From NCBI GenBank assembly GCA_035463115.1, contig DATHTO010000149.1, forward strand, positions 20,855-84,854: a DNA stretch of 64,000 nt. The letters are read 5' to 3'. A program made the translations under genes and the position numbers. Shown piece by piece: positions 33,987 to 42,900 of this stretch. Below the pieces are notes generated by a model, which was given only the letters and a program-made list of their open reading frames with translations, searched no databases and was not told the DNA's origin. Origin of the DNA: Actinomycetota bacterium. GTDB taxonomy: Bacteria > Actinomycetota > UBA4738 > HRBIN12. The number at the start of each line of letters is the position of its first letter. The stretch's first letter is position 1.

Positions 33987-35441
33987 CTAAGCGGTGACGG
34001 GGCGCTCGGCGTCTGTCCCGACGTCCGCCGCTCCCTGCCGCACCCGACGGAACCGCACGTCGACGCGTGTTCCACCGTCGACGTCGCTCGTGACGGCGAT
34101 CGAGCCTCCCCACTTCTCCGCGAGCTCACGAGCGATCGCCAGCCCGAGCCCCGACCCACCGCCCGCCGCTCCTTGGCCGCGGTAGAACCGCTCGGTCACG
34201 CGCGGGAGGTCCTCGGAACGGATCCCCGAGCCTCGGTCCACCACGGACACGATCGCGTTCGATCCGTCGGACGCCGTTCGGATCTCGATCGGGCTCGGCG
34301 CGTACGTGATCGCGTTGTCGAGCAGGACGTCGAGGATCTGCCCGAGATCACCGGGGTTGGTCAACGCGACGACCGGTTCGCCGACGACCGGCTCGCCGAC
34401 GACCGGCTCGCCGACGACTGCCAGTGTCGCGCCGGCCGCGGTCGCACGGTCGGCCCAGCGATCGGCCGCGCGCACCGCGGCGTCGTGGGCGTCGACGTGG
34501 GTGTCCTGGCCCTCTTCGACCTCGCGCGACATCACGAGCAGGCGGTCGACCATGCCCGCCATCCGGTCGACCTCGGCGTCCATCGCCTGGAGCTCGTGCC
34601 GCACCACCGCGTCGTCGGTCTCCGCGATCGCCGACTCGATCCGGAGCTTGATGCCGGTCAACGGGGTCCGGAGCTGATGCGATGCGTTGGCGACGAACTC
34701 CCGCTGGGCGCGCACGGTGCGCTCGACGCGCGCCGCCATCTCGTCGAACGAGCGCCCGAGCTGTTCGAGCTCGTCGCCACCCGACACGCGGCCTGCGCGG
34801 ACCGAGAAGTCACCGCGACCGAGGCCCCGCGCCGCCGACGCGAGCCGTGACAGCGGGTTGGAGAGCGACCTGGCGAGGATGAAGGCCAGGACGAGGCCTG
34901 CGACGAGACCGGCGATCGCCACTGCGCCGATCGCGATCGTCGCCCTGGTGACACCGCGTTGCACCTGTTCGACGTCGCGTGAGATCCGGACGACGCCGAC
35001 GAGCTCGCCGTCCTCCACGACCGGCGCTGCCGCCACGACGATGTCGCCTCCCTCGTCGCGGCTCTCACGCACCCCGGCGGAGACGACGCCGTCGAGCGCG
35101 TTCCGGACCTCGGGGCGGCCCGGCGTGTCGTAGCGTTGCCCGACGTCCTCGCGGTCGGAGTCGGCGACCACCACGCCGTCGGGATCGAGCACGACGACAC
35201 GCACACCGACGTCCTCGGCGAACCTGCTGATGTCGTCGACGAGGTCCTCGCGAGCCCTGCCCTCACCGAGCTGTGACGCATCGAGGAGCAGGGCGGTCGT
35301 CTGGGCGTTCGTGAGCGCCCCCGCTTCGAGCTCGGCGCGGGCACGATCGCGTAAGACGATCGCGAGCGGCACGGTGAGCGCGACGATCACGACGAGGAGC
35401 GCGTACGTGAACGACACGACGAGGCGGGTCCGGACCCTCAT
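33987..35441 (-). CDS. Sensor histidine kinase (2 TM, HAMP, HisKA, HATPase_c)
   Basis: FVANASHQLRTPLTGI (H-box), LLDNAITYAP (N-box), VVDRGSGI, GGGSGLGLAIAREL (G-boxes). The periplasmic loop lies between two TM segments. Confidence 0.9.
   Translation of the reverse strand: MRVRTRLVVSFTYALLVVIVALTVPLAIVLRDRARAELEAGALTNAQTTALLLDASQLGEGRAREDLVDDISRFAEDVGVRVVVLDPDGVVVADSDREDVGQRYDTPGRPEVRNALDGVVSAGVRESRDEGGDIVVAAAPVVEDGELVGVVRISRDVEQVQRGVTRATIAIGAVAIAGLVAGLVLAFILARSLSNPLSRLASAARGLGRGDFSVRAGRVSGGDELEQLGRSFDEMAARVERTVRAQREFVANASHQLRTPLTGIKLRIESAIAETDDAVVRHELQAMDAEVDRMAGMVDRLLVMSREVEEGQDTHVDAHDAAVRAADRWADRATAAGATLAVVGEPVVGEPVVGEPVVALTNPGDLGQILDVLLDNAITYAPSPIEIRTASDGSNAIVSVVDRGSGIRSEDLPRVTERFYRGQGAAGGGSGLGLAIARELAEKWGGSIAVTSDVDGGTRVDVRFRRVRQGAADVGTDAERPVTA
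34367..34418. repeat. In-frame 15-bp tandem repeat (about 3.5 copies) inside the histidine-kinase gene
   Basis: cgacgaccggttcgc / cgacgaccggctcgc / cgacgaccggctcgc / cgacgac..., encoding VGEPV-VGEPV-VGEPV between the H-box and N-box regions. Confidence 0.95.
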
Positions 35442-36148
35442 GGGGGCGGGGCGGCCTCGTCGTCATCGGGCGCGGCGAACCGGAACCCCACCCCCCGGAC
35501 GGTCGTGATGTATCGCCCGTCCGCGGCGTCGTCGTCCAGCTTCTTCCGGAGCCACGAGATGTGGACGTCGAGCGTCTTCGTCGGACCGAACCAGTGCGGA
35601 TCCCACACCTCGTCCATGATCTCCTCGCGTCCGACGACCTCGCCCGCGCGCCCCATCAAAAGGTGGAGCAGGTCGAACTCCTTGGCGGTCAGGTCGAGGC
35701 GGGCGCCCGCCTTCGTGACGATCCGCGAGGCGGGATCGAGCGTGAGGTCGTCGATCGTGATGGACGAGCGGCGGGAGCTCGGCGGACGGCCCCGGCGCTG
35801 GATCGCCCGGATCCTCGCGACGAGCTCGCGCACCGAGAACGGTTTCACGACGTAGTCGTCGGCCCCCAGCTCGAGGCCGACGACGCGGTCGAGCTCTTCG
35901 CCCCTCGCGGTGAGCATCACGATGATGACGTCGGACCGCGCGCGCAGCTCGCGACAGAGGTCGCGACCGTCGCCGTCGGGAAGCATCACGTCGAGCAGGA
36001 CGACGTCGGGCTCCCGCGCCGCGAACGTCGTCCGAGCGTCGGCGATCGACGCGGCGACGGCGGGCTCGAACCCCTCGCGGCGGAGGTGGTCGGCGAGCGG
36101 CTCCGAGATCGATGGCTCGTCCTCGACCACGAGGACGCGGGTGCTCAT
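35438..36148 (-). CDS. OmpR/PhoB-family response regulator
   Basis: VLVVEDEPSI...DVVLLDVMLPDGDG (receiver domain), and a C-terminal winged helix LTAKEFDLLHLL...TLDVHISWLRKKL...ITTVRGVGFRF. ATGA overlap with the kinase gene. Confidence 0.92.
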   Translation of the reverse strand: MSTRVLVVEDEPSISEPLADHLRREGFEPAVAASIADARTTFAAREPDVVLLDVMLPDGDGRDLCRELRARSDVIIVMLTARGEELDRVVGLELGADDYVVKPFSVRELVARIRAIQRRGRPPSSRRSSITIDDLTLDPASRIVTKAGARLDLTAKEFDLLHLLMGRAGEVVGREEIMDEVWDPHWFGPTKTLDVHISWLRKKLDDDAADGRYITTVRGVGFRFAAPDDDEAAPPP

Positions 36149-36246
36149 GGGGAGAGGCTAGTCCGCCGCGGAAGCGGGGGCCCTCCCGTCGCGGCCGCGG
36201 GTCGCTCCCGTTGACCGGTTCCGGGGAGGCCGCCGACCGCTGCCCG

Positions 36247-37989
36247 TCACTCCAGCAGCCGGCCGCCGCTGAGCTCCGGCGTCGGGTCGTCGAGGCTCGT
36301 GCGGAGCTCCGCCGGCACCTCGGCGAGCGCGAGGGTCTCGGTGGTCATCTCGCCTTCGTCGCCGCGTCGTGCGACGAACGCTCGTCGGAGCGCCTCGTCG
36401 ACCGACGGATGATCCGAACGCTGGTGCGCGCCGCGGCTCTCTCGCCGAGCGACCGCGCCCAGCAGCGTCGCGCGAGCCGTCGTCAGGGCTGCCTGCAGGT
36501 CGAAGAGATGCCCGTGGTCGGCACAGCCCTCCTCGTTCGGGCTCACGTCGACGTCGGCGGCGCTGTCGCCGATCGCCTCGACCCCGGCGAGGCCGCGCTC
36601 GAGACCCGCCTCGTCGCGCACGACGCCACACGTCTCCCACATCACGTCGCGGACGGCACGCTGCATCGGTCGCGCGAGCTCGTCACCCTTGCGGACCTTC
36701 GACGCGACGGTCTCGGCGGCATGCTCGATCACGGCACGCGGGTGGATCGACGCGTCGCGTGACGTCGCGAGCCGCGCCGCGTGCTCACCCGCACGCCGGC
36801 CGAACACGAGGATCTCGGCGAGCGAGTTCCCGCCGAGGCGGTTCGCGCCGTGGACGCCGGTCGTGACCTCGCCGGCGGCGAAGAGCCCCTCGACGTCGGT
36901 CGCCGTGGTGTCGGCGTCGACAACCACGCCGCCCATCGAGTAGTGCGCGGTCGGCGCGACCTCCATCGGGTCGCGCGAGATGTCGAGCATCTCGAACTCG
37001 ACGAACTGGCGGTACATCCGCGGGAGCTTCTCGAGGATCGTCTCCTTCTCGAGATGCGACACGTCGAGGAACACGCCGCCGTGCGGACCGCCACGACCCT
37101 CGGCGATCTCGGCGTAGTTCGCGAGCGCGACGCGGTCGCGCGTCGACAGCTCGAGCCGTTCGGGGTCGTAGCGCTCCATGTAGCGCTCGCCGAGCGCGTT
37201 CGTGAGTCGGCCACCCTCGCCGCGGACCGCCTCCGTGACCAGCGTGCCGGCGATGTCTTCGGGCCACAGCATCCCCGTCGGGTGGAACTGCACCAGTTCC
37301 ATGTGCGCGAGGCGGCAGCCGGCGTCGTACGCGAGCGCCATGCCCTCGCCGTAGTTCTCGTCGCGCCGGGAGCTCGACCGGCGCCAGATCCGGGTGTGGC
37401 CGCCGGTCGCGAGCACGACCGCGTCGGCGAGCAACACGAGGCGTTCCCCCGTCGAGAGGTCGAACCCGTAGGCGCCGAAGCACGTTCCGTCGGCGACGAG
37501 CAGCTCCGTGACGTAGACGCCCTCGAGGACGTCGACGCCGAGGTCGGTGACGCGCCGGCCGAGCGTCCGCAGGATCGCGCGACCGGTCCAGTCGCCGGCG
37601 TAGCAGGTCCGCCGGTACGTGTGGGCCCCGAAGAAGCGCTGGTCGATCCGGCCGTCGTCGGTCCGCGCGAACGGGCATCCCCGGTCGGCGAGCTCGTGGA
37701 TCGCGGCCGGCGACTCCTCGACGAGGATCTGCACCATGCGCGGATCAGCGAGCGCGTAGCCGTCGCGGTAGGTGTCGATGAAGTGCTGCTCGATCGAGTC
37801 TTCGGGATCGCGGGTCCCGAGCACGGCGTTGACGCCGCCGGCCGCGAGCACGGTGTGCGCGTCGGTGCGCGGACGTTTCCCGACGATCGTGACGTCGGCA
37901 CCGGCTTCGGTCGCGGCGATCGCGGCGCGCATCCCTGCGCCACCGGCGCCGATCACGAGGACGTTCGTCGTGCGCGTGCGTTGCTGCAT
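36247..37989 (-). CDS. FAD-dependent oxidoreductase of the succinate dehydrogenase/fumarate reductase flavoprotein / L-aspartate oxidase family
   Basis: ATG at 37989 (GGAAAGG upstream). VLVIGAGGAGMRAAIAA, AAGGVNA, ELVQFHPTG, TEAVRGEGG, YSMGGV, GANRLGGNSL, ESRGAHQR. The rest of the 1042-codon track ORF is Arg-rich shadow sequence. Confidence 0.85.
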   Translation of the reverse strand: MQQRTRTTNVLVIGAGGAGMRAAIAATEAGADVTIVGKRPRTDAHTVLAAGGVNAVLGTRDPEDSIEQHFIDTYRDGYALADPRMVQILVEESPAAIHELADRGCPFARTDDGRIDQRFFGAHTYRRTCYAGDWTGRAILRTLGRRVTDLGVDVLEGVYVTELLVADGTCFGAYGFDLSTGERLVLLADAVVLATGGHTRIWRRSSSRRDENYGEGMALAYDAGCRLAHMELVQFHPTGMLWPEDIAGTLVTEAVRGEGGRLTNALGERYMERYDPERLELSTRDRVALANYAEIAEGRGGPHGGVFLDVSHLEKETILEKLPRMYRQFVEFEMLDISRDPMEVAPTAHYSMGGVVVDADTTATDVEGLFAAGEVTTGVHGANRLGGNSLAEILVFGRRAGEHAARLATSRDASIHPRAVIEHAAETVASKVRKGDELARPMQRAVRDVMWETCGVVRDEAGLERGLAGVEAIGDSAADVDVSPNEEGCADHGHLFDLQAALTTARATLLGAVARRESRGAHQRSDHPSVDEALRRAFVARRGDEGEMTTETLALAEVPAELRTSLDDPTPELSGGRLLE

Positions 37990-38009
37990 CTGTGAGGTCA
38001 CCTTTCCGA

Positions 38010-38999
38010 TCACGGGCCGATCGCGACGGGGGAGCGCCGTTCCGGTCGCGCTGTCGCGTCGCGCGGTCGACGGCGGTGCGGGAGACGATCGAGCACCGGT
38101 GCGAGCTCCTCGTCCGAGCCGTACACGAGCAGCGCGAGCATCGCGCCGTAGATCGGCAGGTGCCCGATCAGCTCGTTCGTGCCGAGGTAGAAGAGCGTCG
38201 CGTTGAAGGGGATGCCGGCGAGGATCACGGTGAGTTGCGGCATCGCGCCGCTGATCAGCAGGAGGCCGAACGCCAGCTCCACGGCACCGGCGATGCGCAC
38301 GAAGGCGAGGTCCGAAACGGGGATGCCGAGCGTCTGGAGCAGGTTGAACGCCGGGAACCGGTCGAGGAACGCGAGCGCCAGGTCCGGCCGCGCGAGCTTC
38401 TCGCTGAAGGCGAGCACGACGAGCGAGCCGCCGACGAGCACCCGGAGCGCCGTCACGGCGGCGCCCACGGTCGCGCGATCGGTCCTGGCGGCGCCCCACC
38501 GGTCGGCACCCGGCGGAAGGATCGCGAGGAACACCGCGATGCCGAGCAGGTCGAGGCGCTCGAGGATCGGCACGACGCCGTACGCGGCCATGCCGAGCGG
38601 TCCCGCGACGGCCACGGCGACGGCCGCGCCGCGGACCCGGTAGCCGCTCACGAGCCAGACGCCGAGCGCGCCCTCGGCGACGCGGATCGTCGCGCCGAGC
38701 GGATCGGCGGGCAGGTCGAGCGACGGCGCGAGGAACGATCCGCGGGCGGCCTGGGCGAGCAGCGACACCCCCGCGTGGATCGCCAGCAGTCGCGGCACCC
38801 ACGGCGAGAGCCGGCCGAGCGGTCGCAGCACCGCGAGTTCGGGGCGAGGGAGCTGCCGCCCGACGAGCCGCCAGGCGACGACCGCGGCGATCGCGGCGGC
38901 GATCAGCAGCAGGGACCAGGGCGAGACGGCGAAGGACCAGTCGTACGGCGGCCGGAAGGAGGTGAACCAGGCCTCGTGCGCGAGCACGCCGATCTCCAC
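38010..38999 (-). CDS. Polytopic integral membrane protein, unknown function
   Basis: About 8 hydrophobic segments (SLLLIAAAIAAVVAW, AVAVAVAGPLGMAAYGV, LLGIAVFLAIL, LVGGSLVVLAF, GAVELAFGLLLISGA, ...). It lies 21 nt upstream of the flavoprotein gene on the same strand. Confidence 0.7.
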   Translation of the reverse strand: MEIGVLAHEAWFTSFRPPYDWSFAVSPWSLLLIAAAIAAVVAWRLVGRQLPRPELAVLRPLGRLSPWVPRLLAIHAGVSLLAQAARGSFLAPSLDLPADPLGATIRVAEGALGVWLVSGYRVRGAAVAVAVAGPLGMAAYGVVPILERLDLLGIAVFLAILPPGADRWGAARTDRATVGAAVTALRVLVGGSLVVLAFSEKLARPDLALAFLDRFPAFNLLQTLGIPVSDLAFVRIAGAVELAFGLLLISGAMPQLTVILAGIPFNATLFYLGTNELIGHLPIYGAMLALLVYGSDEELAPVLDRLPHRRRPRDATARPERRSPVAIGP

Positions 39000-39012
39000 G
39001 CATCCAGCGTAC

Positions 39013-39036
39013 GGGCGGCGTTCGCGAACGCCGCCC
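39013..39036. repeat. Perfect 24-bp palindrome GGGCGGCGTTCGCGAACGCCGCCC
   Basis: Read directly from the sequence. It sits between the stop of 39054-39266(-) and the start of 38010-38999(-). Candidate hairpin terminator or operator. Confidence 0.9.
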
Positions 39037-39053
39037 GCCGGCGGCGTCGTCGA

Positions 39054-39266
39054 TCAGGATGCAGAGGTCCGGCGTCGCCGCAGCGTCGCGCCGACGCCGC
39101 CGCCCGCGTACGTCGGGACGACGACGCGGGTGCCGTCGGCGAACTCGACGAGGGCGTTCCGCGGTCGTGCGCGCCCGCTCCGGGCGAGGATCCGGCACGG
39201 CCGTCCGACCCAGCGCGGCGACGTCCCTCTCGCGCCGACGAAGACGTGCGTGAACGGTCCTTCCAT
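39054..39266 (-). CDS. Small basic hypothetical protein (70 aa)
   Basis: High GC3. MEGPFTHVFVGARGTSPRWVGRPCRILARSGRARPRNALVEFADGTRVVVPTYAGG.... Weak SD. I only vaguely recognise the RW.GR.C.ILAR...PRN.LVEF.DG.RVV pattern from other actinobacterial small ORFs. Confidence 0.4.
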   Translation of the reverse strand: MEGPFTHVFVGARGTSPRWVGRPCRILARSGRARPRNALVEFADGTRVVVPTYAGGGVGATLRRRRTSAS

Positions 39267-39364
39267 CCCGCAGACCGTACGACCGCCCGTCGCGACCGAC
39301 AGCGCGGTTTGCGTCCCCCGAGGACCGGCGGCGAAGATGCGGTTCCGCGACGAAGGGGGGAACC

Positions 39365-39937
39365 GTGGCCGCCACGGCCGAACCGAACGACTTCGACTAC
39401 ACCGGCCTCCACGCGTTCGGGATGCTGACGGGAGGCGCCCGGTCGCCCGCGGAGGTGATGGACGGGCTGCGCGCGCTGGGCCGGCCGCCGGAAGGCCCCG
39501 TGCTGTGGTCCGGCACGTGCGTCGGCGACTACGTCGGGCTCGTCCACGCGCGCGTGGAGAGCCTCGGCGAGCTGCAGGACCTGATCGAGGGTCGGTTCTG
39601 GGAGCTCGGCATGCGGGGGAAGTGGGCGCTCGAGCGACGCGTCGCCGAGGATCGGACCGACGCGGTGGCGCGTCCGATCGGCACGAAACGCAGCACGCCC
39701 GAGTACATCGCGATCGCGTCGGTCACCGTCGAACGCGGCGCGCTCCAAGAGGTGCTCTATGCCGTCGTGCACGTGCCGACGGTCCGCGGTGCGTCGGTCG
39801 TGTTCGGCGACGCGGACCTGCTCGTGCAGCTCGGCGGCGACGACTTCGACGCCGTCGCTTCCTCGGTGGAGGAGGAGCTCCAGGCGATCGACGGCATCGT
39901 GCACACGTCGACCGCGTTCAGCGACGGGCGACGGTAG
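39365..39937 (+). CDS. Tandem Lrp/AsnC-type ligand-binding (RAM) domain protein without HTH
   Basis: GTG start with GGGGGGAA upstream. Two RAM-like halves (HAFGMLTGGA...GDYVGLVHARVESLGELQDLI and YIAIASVTVERGALQEVLYAVVHVPTVRGASVVFGDADLLVQLGGDDFDAVASSVEEELQAIDGIVHTST). Confidence 0.65.
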   Translation: MAATAEPNDFDYTGLHAFGMLTGGARSPAEVMDGLRALGRPPEGPVLWSGTCVGDYVGLVHARVESLGELQDLIEGRFWELGMRGKWALERRVAEDRTDAVARPIGTKRSTPEYIAIASVTVERGALQEVLYAVVHVPTVRGASVVFGDADLLVQLGGDDFDAVASSVEEELQAIDGIVHTSTAFSDGRR

Positions 39938-39982
39938 GCACCCGGGTCGGATCGATCAGGGGCGCGACGGGAGGCGGCCGCG

Positions 39983-42900
39983 TCACGCCGACGAGGCGCG
40001 CACCCGTGCGGCGCGACCGACCGCGCCCTTCGCCTCGTAGCGGTCGACCGCGTCGCGGAGCAGCCCGGGCGGATCGACGCCACCGCTCGCGAGGGTGACG
40101 CGAGCGTCCGCCTGCAGCAGCAGGAGGTCCGTCGCGTCGGCGATGCGGAGCGCCTCGGCGGCCAGGCGTTCCGCGGCCGCGGCGTCGTCGCGGGCCGACG
40201 CGATGGCCGCGCGCACCGCCGTCGACGTCACGGCGACCTCCGGATCCGACGTGCTCGCCTGATGCTCGAGGCCCGCGACGAGCGACTCCGCGCCCGAGAT
40301 GTCGTCGGCCCGCACGAGCACGTCGGCGAGCGTCGCCGCCGCCACGCCGGTGTTCAGGGCGTCTCCTTGTTCCGCGAAGAAGGCGTGGACGGACCGCCGA
40401 TCCGCGATCGCGCCGTCGAGGTCCCCGTCCTCGAGCCGGATCACGGCGTCGGTCTCGGCGGACGCCGCGAGCCATCGACGTTGCCCGAGGTCCTCGAACG
40501 TCGACCGCGCGGCCGCGAGCGCCGCGCGGGCCTCGTCGATCCGCCCGACGAGGGCGAACGCCTGCGCCTCGGTGAGACGCAGCGTCGCGAGCGCGAGGCG
40601 ATCGCCGGGCACGACCGACCCGAGGGCACGCAGGCGGCGGAGCACCTCGTCGAGCGGTGTCGGTCCGAGCAGCAGTCCGGTCGCCAGCAGCGGCGCGGCC
40701 TCGTGCATCGCCCGTGGGTCGCCGCATCGTTCCGCCGCGGCGATCGCCCGTTCCGCCGCCTCGACCATCGCCGCTCCTCGCCCCTCGACCCACGACACCA
40801 GCGCCAGGTCGGTGAACGCCGTCGCGAGATCGCTCTCGGCGCCCTCGGCCTCGAACCGCGGGATCGCGGCCTCGAGCTGCTCGCGGTAGCCCGCGGGCGG
40901 GAGCGCCGACGGGTCGCGCAGGAACGAGAGGTGGGCGCGTTGCATCGTCGCCCGGACGGTCACGAGGTCGTCGGGGGCGCGCGCGGCCTCGAACAGCTCG
41001 TCGACGGCGCGTTCGGCGCCGTCGATGTCGCCGGCGTACAGGCGCGCGGAATGGAGGTCCGCGAGGGCCTCGGCGCGCGCGGGATGCCGGCTCGGCAGCA
41101 GCTCCGCGGCGCGCGCGAGCAGCGTCGCCGCGGATGAGACATCCCCGCGCGACGACGCCGCGCGGCCCGCGCTCGTGAGCCGCACGCCCGCGCGTTCCGC
41201 CAGCTCGTCGACCGCGCTCGAGCGCGAGCCCAGCTCGCGCAACGTGGCCGTCGCCCGGTCGAGGTGGGAGCCGGCGCGGGCGTCGTCGTCGCTGCCGTCC
41301 GCGACCGCGACGTGCAGGTCGACCCGAACCTGCTTCGGAACCGCCTGGTACGCGGCGTCGCGGATCAGGGCCTGGCGGAACCGCCAGCTCGGGTCGCCGC
41401 CGCCGGGATCGCGGACGACGAGATCACGGTCGGCGAGTCGCGCGAGCACGTCGGCGACGTCGCGTCCGTACAGCCGCGCCACCTCGTCGCTCCGGAACGT
41501 CGTGCCGAGCACCGCCGCGCGCTCGAGCACCGCGCGCTCGTCGTCGGCGAGCGCGTCGACGCGCGCATCGAGGAGCGACATCACGGTCGGCGGCACGGGC
41601 AGATCGGTGACGGCCGGAGCGTTCGCCGGAACGTCGGTCGCCGTCCGAGCGTCGGTCGCCGCGCCGAGCGCCGCGATGACCTCCTCGATGAAGAAGGGAT
41701 TGCCGTCGGCGATCTCCACGATCCGCCTGCGGAGCGCGTCCTCGGACGACGGCAGCAGCCACGCGACGAGCTCGGCGCCCTCGTCGGCGCCGAGCGGCTC
41801 GAGGCTGACGGTGATCGCGCCGGGTGCGCGCGCCCACGTCGGATGCTGCAGCAAGATCTCGGGCCGACCGGCGCACACGATCAGGAGGGGCGCGTCCCGC
41901 GTGTGCTCCGCGACGTGCCGCAGCACGTCGAGCATCTCGGGTGTCGCGTGGTGGACGTCCTCGACGACGAGGGCGACCCCGGCCGACGACCGACGCGCCA
42001 CGCCGGCGATGAAGGCGCGCAGCGTCGCGGCCCGATCCGCGCCCGCGAGCGGCGCGCCGCCGAGGCCGATCGACGCGACGAGGCGACCGATGTCGTCGGG
42101 TGTCGTTCCCGCGTCGGCGAGCGCCGCACGGATGGCGGCGGGGGGATCGTCGGGCGCCGTTCCGACGGCGCGTGTGACGATCTCGGCCAGCGGTCGCATC
42201 GGCGACGCCTCGCCGGTCGGGGCGCACCTCCCACGGAGGGTCGTCAGGTCGGTGTGCCGCGACTCGAAGTCCTCGACGATGCGTGACTTCCCGACGCCCG
42301 CCTCGCCGACGACGTTCACGACGCGGCAGCGACGTTGCGCGAGCACGCTGCCCAACGCGTCGTCGAGCAGACGGAGCTCCGCACGCCGGCCGACGATGGG
42401 ACCGGAGGCCTGAGCGGCCCCGTCGTCGACGGCGACGAGCTCCGCCACCGGAACGCCGTCCTCCCCGAACCCCTTCAACGCCGCCCGCGGAAGTTCCCGG
42501 ACCTCGGCGCGGCGGCGGATGCGCGCCGCCGTCTCGCCGTCGACGAGGATCTGACCGGGCGCGGCGGCCTGTTCCAGGCGAGCAGCGAGGTTCACCGACG
42601 ATCCGATCACGAACGGCTCGTCCGGCGCGGCCGGCCCCGCCATGACCTCGCCCGTGGCGATCCCGGTGCGGATCCGCAACGGGATGCCCCACTCGAGCTC
42701 GAGCTCGTCGCTCAGGGCGTCGACCGCGCGCTGGATCTCGATGGCGGCGCGCGCGGCGCGCAGCGCGTCGTCCTCATGGATCCGCGGGAACCCGAACACG
42801 GCCATGACCGCGTCGCCGACGAACTTCTCGAGGCTCCCGCCGTGGCGGAGCACGCAGGCGCGCGTCGTGTCGTAGAAGCGGCTGAGGATGTGATGCGCCG

